Under the pieces are notes generated by a model. The model was not told the DNA's origin. It saw only the letters and a program-made list of their open reading frames with translations, and searched no databases. Source: Hydrogenophaga sp. (GTDB lineage: Bacteria > Pseudomonadota > Gammaproteobacteria > Burkholderiales > Burkholderiaceae_C). Taken from it: a stretch of 64,000 bases of DNA. Positions 62,986-64,000 of this stretch are shown here, piece after piece (within the stretch, counting starts at the first letter, position 1; each line of letters starts with the position of its first letter). Where the stretch lies: assembly GCF_019264445.1 (NCBI RefSeq), contig NZ_JAHVAB010000062.1, forward strand, positions 16,663 through 80,662, in the 5' to 3' direction. Both the position numbers and the translations under genes were made by a program.

Positions 62986-64000
62986 TCGGCCACGCGCCGC
63001 TCCAGCGTGCGGCGCGAGACGCCCAGCAACTGCGCTGCACGGGTCTTGTCGCCCTGCACCGAGTCGAGCACGGAGAGGATGTGCATCTTCTCCAGCGTGT
63101 GCAGGTCGGTGGGGCTGGCGCTGGTGTCGGGCCGGCGGGGCTGGCCTGGGTAGAGCGCCGAGACGGTGAGGCCGCCCAGGATCAGCGAGCGCTCGATCAG
63201 GTTGCGCAGCTCGCGCACATTGCCTGGCCAGTCGTACTGGCGCAGGAAGTCCATCTCCTGCTCGCTCAGGGTGAGCGGCTCCACGCCCAGCGACGGCGCC
63301 AGCTGCGCGATGAAGTGCGCCACGAGCTCGGCTATGTCGTCCTTGTGCTCGCGCAGCGGGGGCAGGGTGAGGTCGACCACCTGCAGGCGGAAGTACAGGT
63401 CTTTGCGGAAACGCCCGGCTTCCACCTCGTGGCTGAGCTGGCGGTTGGTGGCAGCCACGATGCGCAGGTTCAGCGGCACCAGCTGCTCGCTGCCCACCGG
63501 CCGGATGTTGAGGTCTTCAATCGCGCGCAACAGCGTGGCCTGAATGGGCAAGGGCAGCTCGGCGATTTCGTCGAGGAACAGCGTGCCGCCCTGGGCGTAA
63601 TGAAACAGGCCGTCGCGCGCGCGGGTGGCGCCGGTGAACGCGCCCTTGGCGTGGCCGAACAGCTCGCTCTCGATCAGCTCGGGCGAGACCGCCGCACAGT
63701 TCACCGGCACGAACGGGCCGCTGGCGCGGCTGCTGTTCGCGTGCAGCTCGCGCGCCACCAGTTCCTTGCCGGTGCCCGACTCGCCCTGCAGCAGCACGGT
63801 GCTGTTGACCGGCGCGACGCGCGCAATCGACCCGCGCAGCTGCTGCATGGCCGCCGAGCTGCCCACCAGCGCGCCACGCCCCGGCGTGCTGGTGACGGCG
63901 CGGCGCAGCACGAAGTTCTCGCGCCGAAGGCGCGAGCGTTCGTAGCAGTGCTTCACCGCGTTGAGGATCTGCGGGACACGAAACGGCTTGAGGATGAAGT
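62970..64000 (-). CDS. Sigma54-dependent response regulator (NtrC family); 5' end outside the window
   Basis: End of receiver domain (FILKPF), [28 protein letters not shown]-terminal HTH. Overlaps the kinase start by 16 nt. Confidence 0.93.
   Translation of the reverse strand, partial: FILKPFRVPQILNAVKHCYERSRLRRENFVLRRAVTSTPGRGALVGSSAAMQQLRGSIARVAPVNSTVLLQGESGTGKELVARELHANSSRASGPFVPVNCAAVSPELIESELFGHAKGAFTGATRARDGLFHYAQGGTLFLDEIAELPLPIQATLLRAIEDLNIRPVGSEQLVPLNLRIVAATNRQLSHEVEAGRFRKDLYFRLQVVDLTLPPLREHKDDIAELVAHFIAQLAPSLGVEPLTLSEQEMDFLRQYDWPGNVRELRNLIERSLILGGLTVSALYPGQPRRPDTSASPTDLHTLEKMHILSVLDSVQGDKTRAAQLLGVSRRTLERRVAEWNSL

Overview
GC-rich betaproteobacterial chromosome segment. Gene order and protein sequences suggest Comamonadaceae (inference). 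It is mostly core or housekeeping: ugpBAE ABC transporter; a FAD/Fe-S oxidoreductase-DUF971-ubiE-Tim44-ubiJ-ubiB block; aspS; nudB; clsB; folE; an FMN riboswitch with a type II lumazine synthase; moeB/ctpA/gpmA; grxC-secB-gpsA; panBC; nadABC; scpA; metG; apbC. It also carries the aerobic benzoyl-CoA (box) pathway core (bclA, boxD, boxR, boxCBA) and a formate-dehydrogenase-type accessory cluster (DUF3305, DUF3306, polyferredoxin, TorD) facing a Cache histidine kinase and a sigma54 regulator. I found no tRNA, rRNA, CRISPR array, transposase, integrase or prophage gene. The best leads are: (1) a folE-BLUF photoreceptor pair inside a same-strand run with DNA-repair genes and a riboswitch-controlled flavin gene; (2) a short DUF4347+Ig-like protein in which both putative catalytic residues are substituted; (3) a polyferredoxin that looks like a degenerate HdrA/MvhD fusion; (4) two copies of a REP-like palindrome; (5) TGCA-N6-TGCA BoxR-type operators and 11-bp phased Pho-box-like hexamers read directly from the sequence. 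All family assignments come from motif recognition, not database searches. None of these leads is an established new system.
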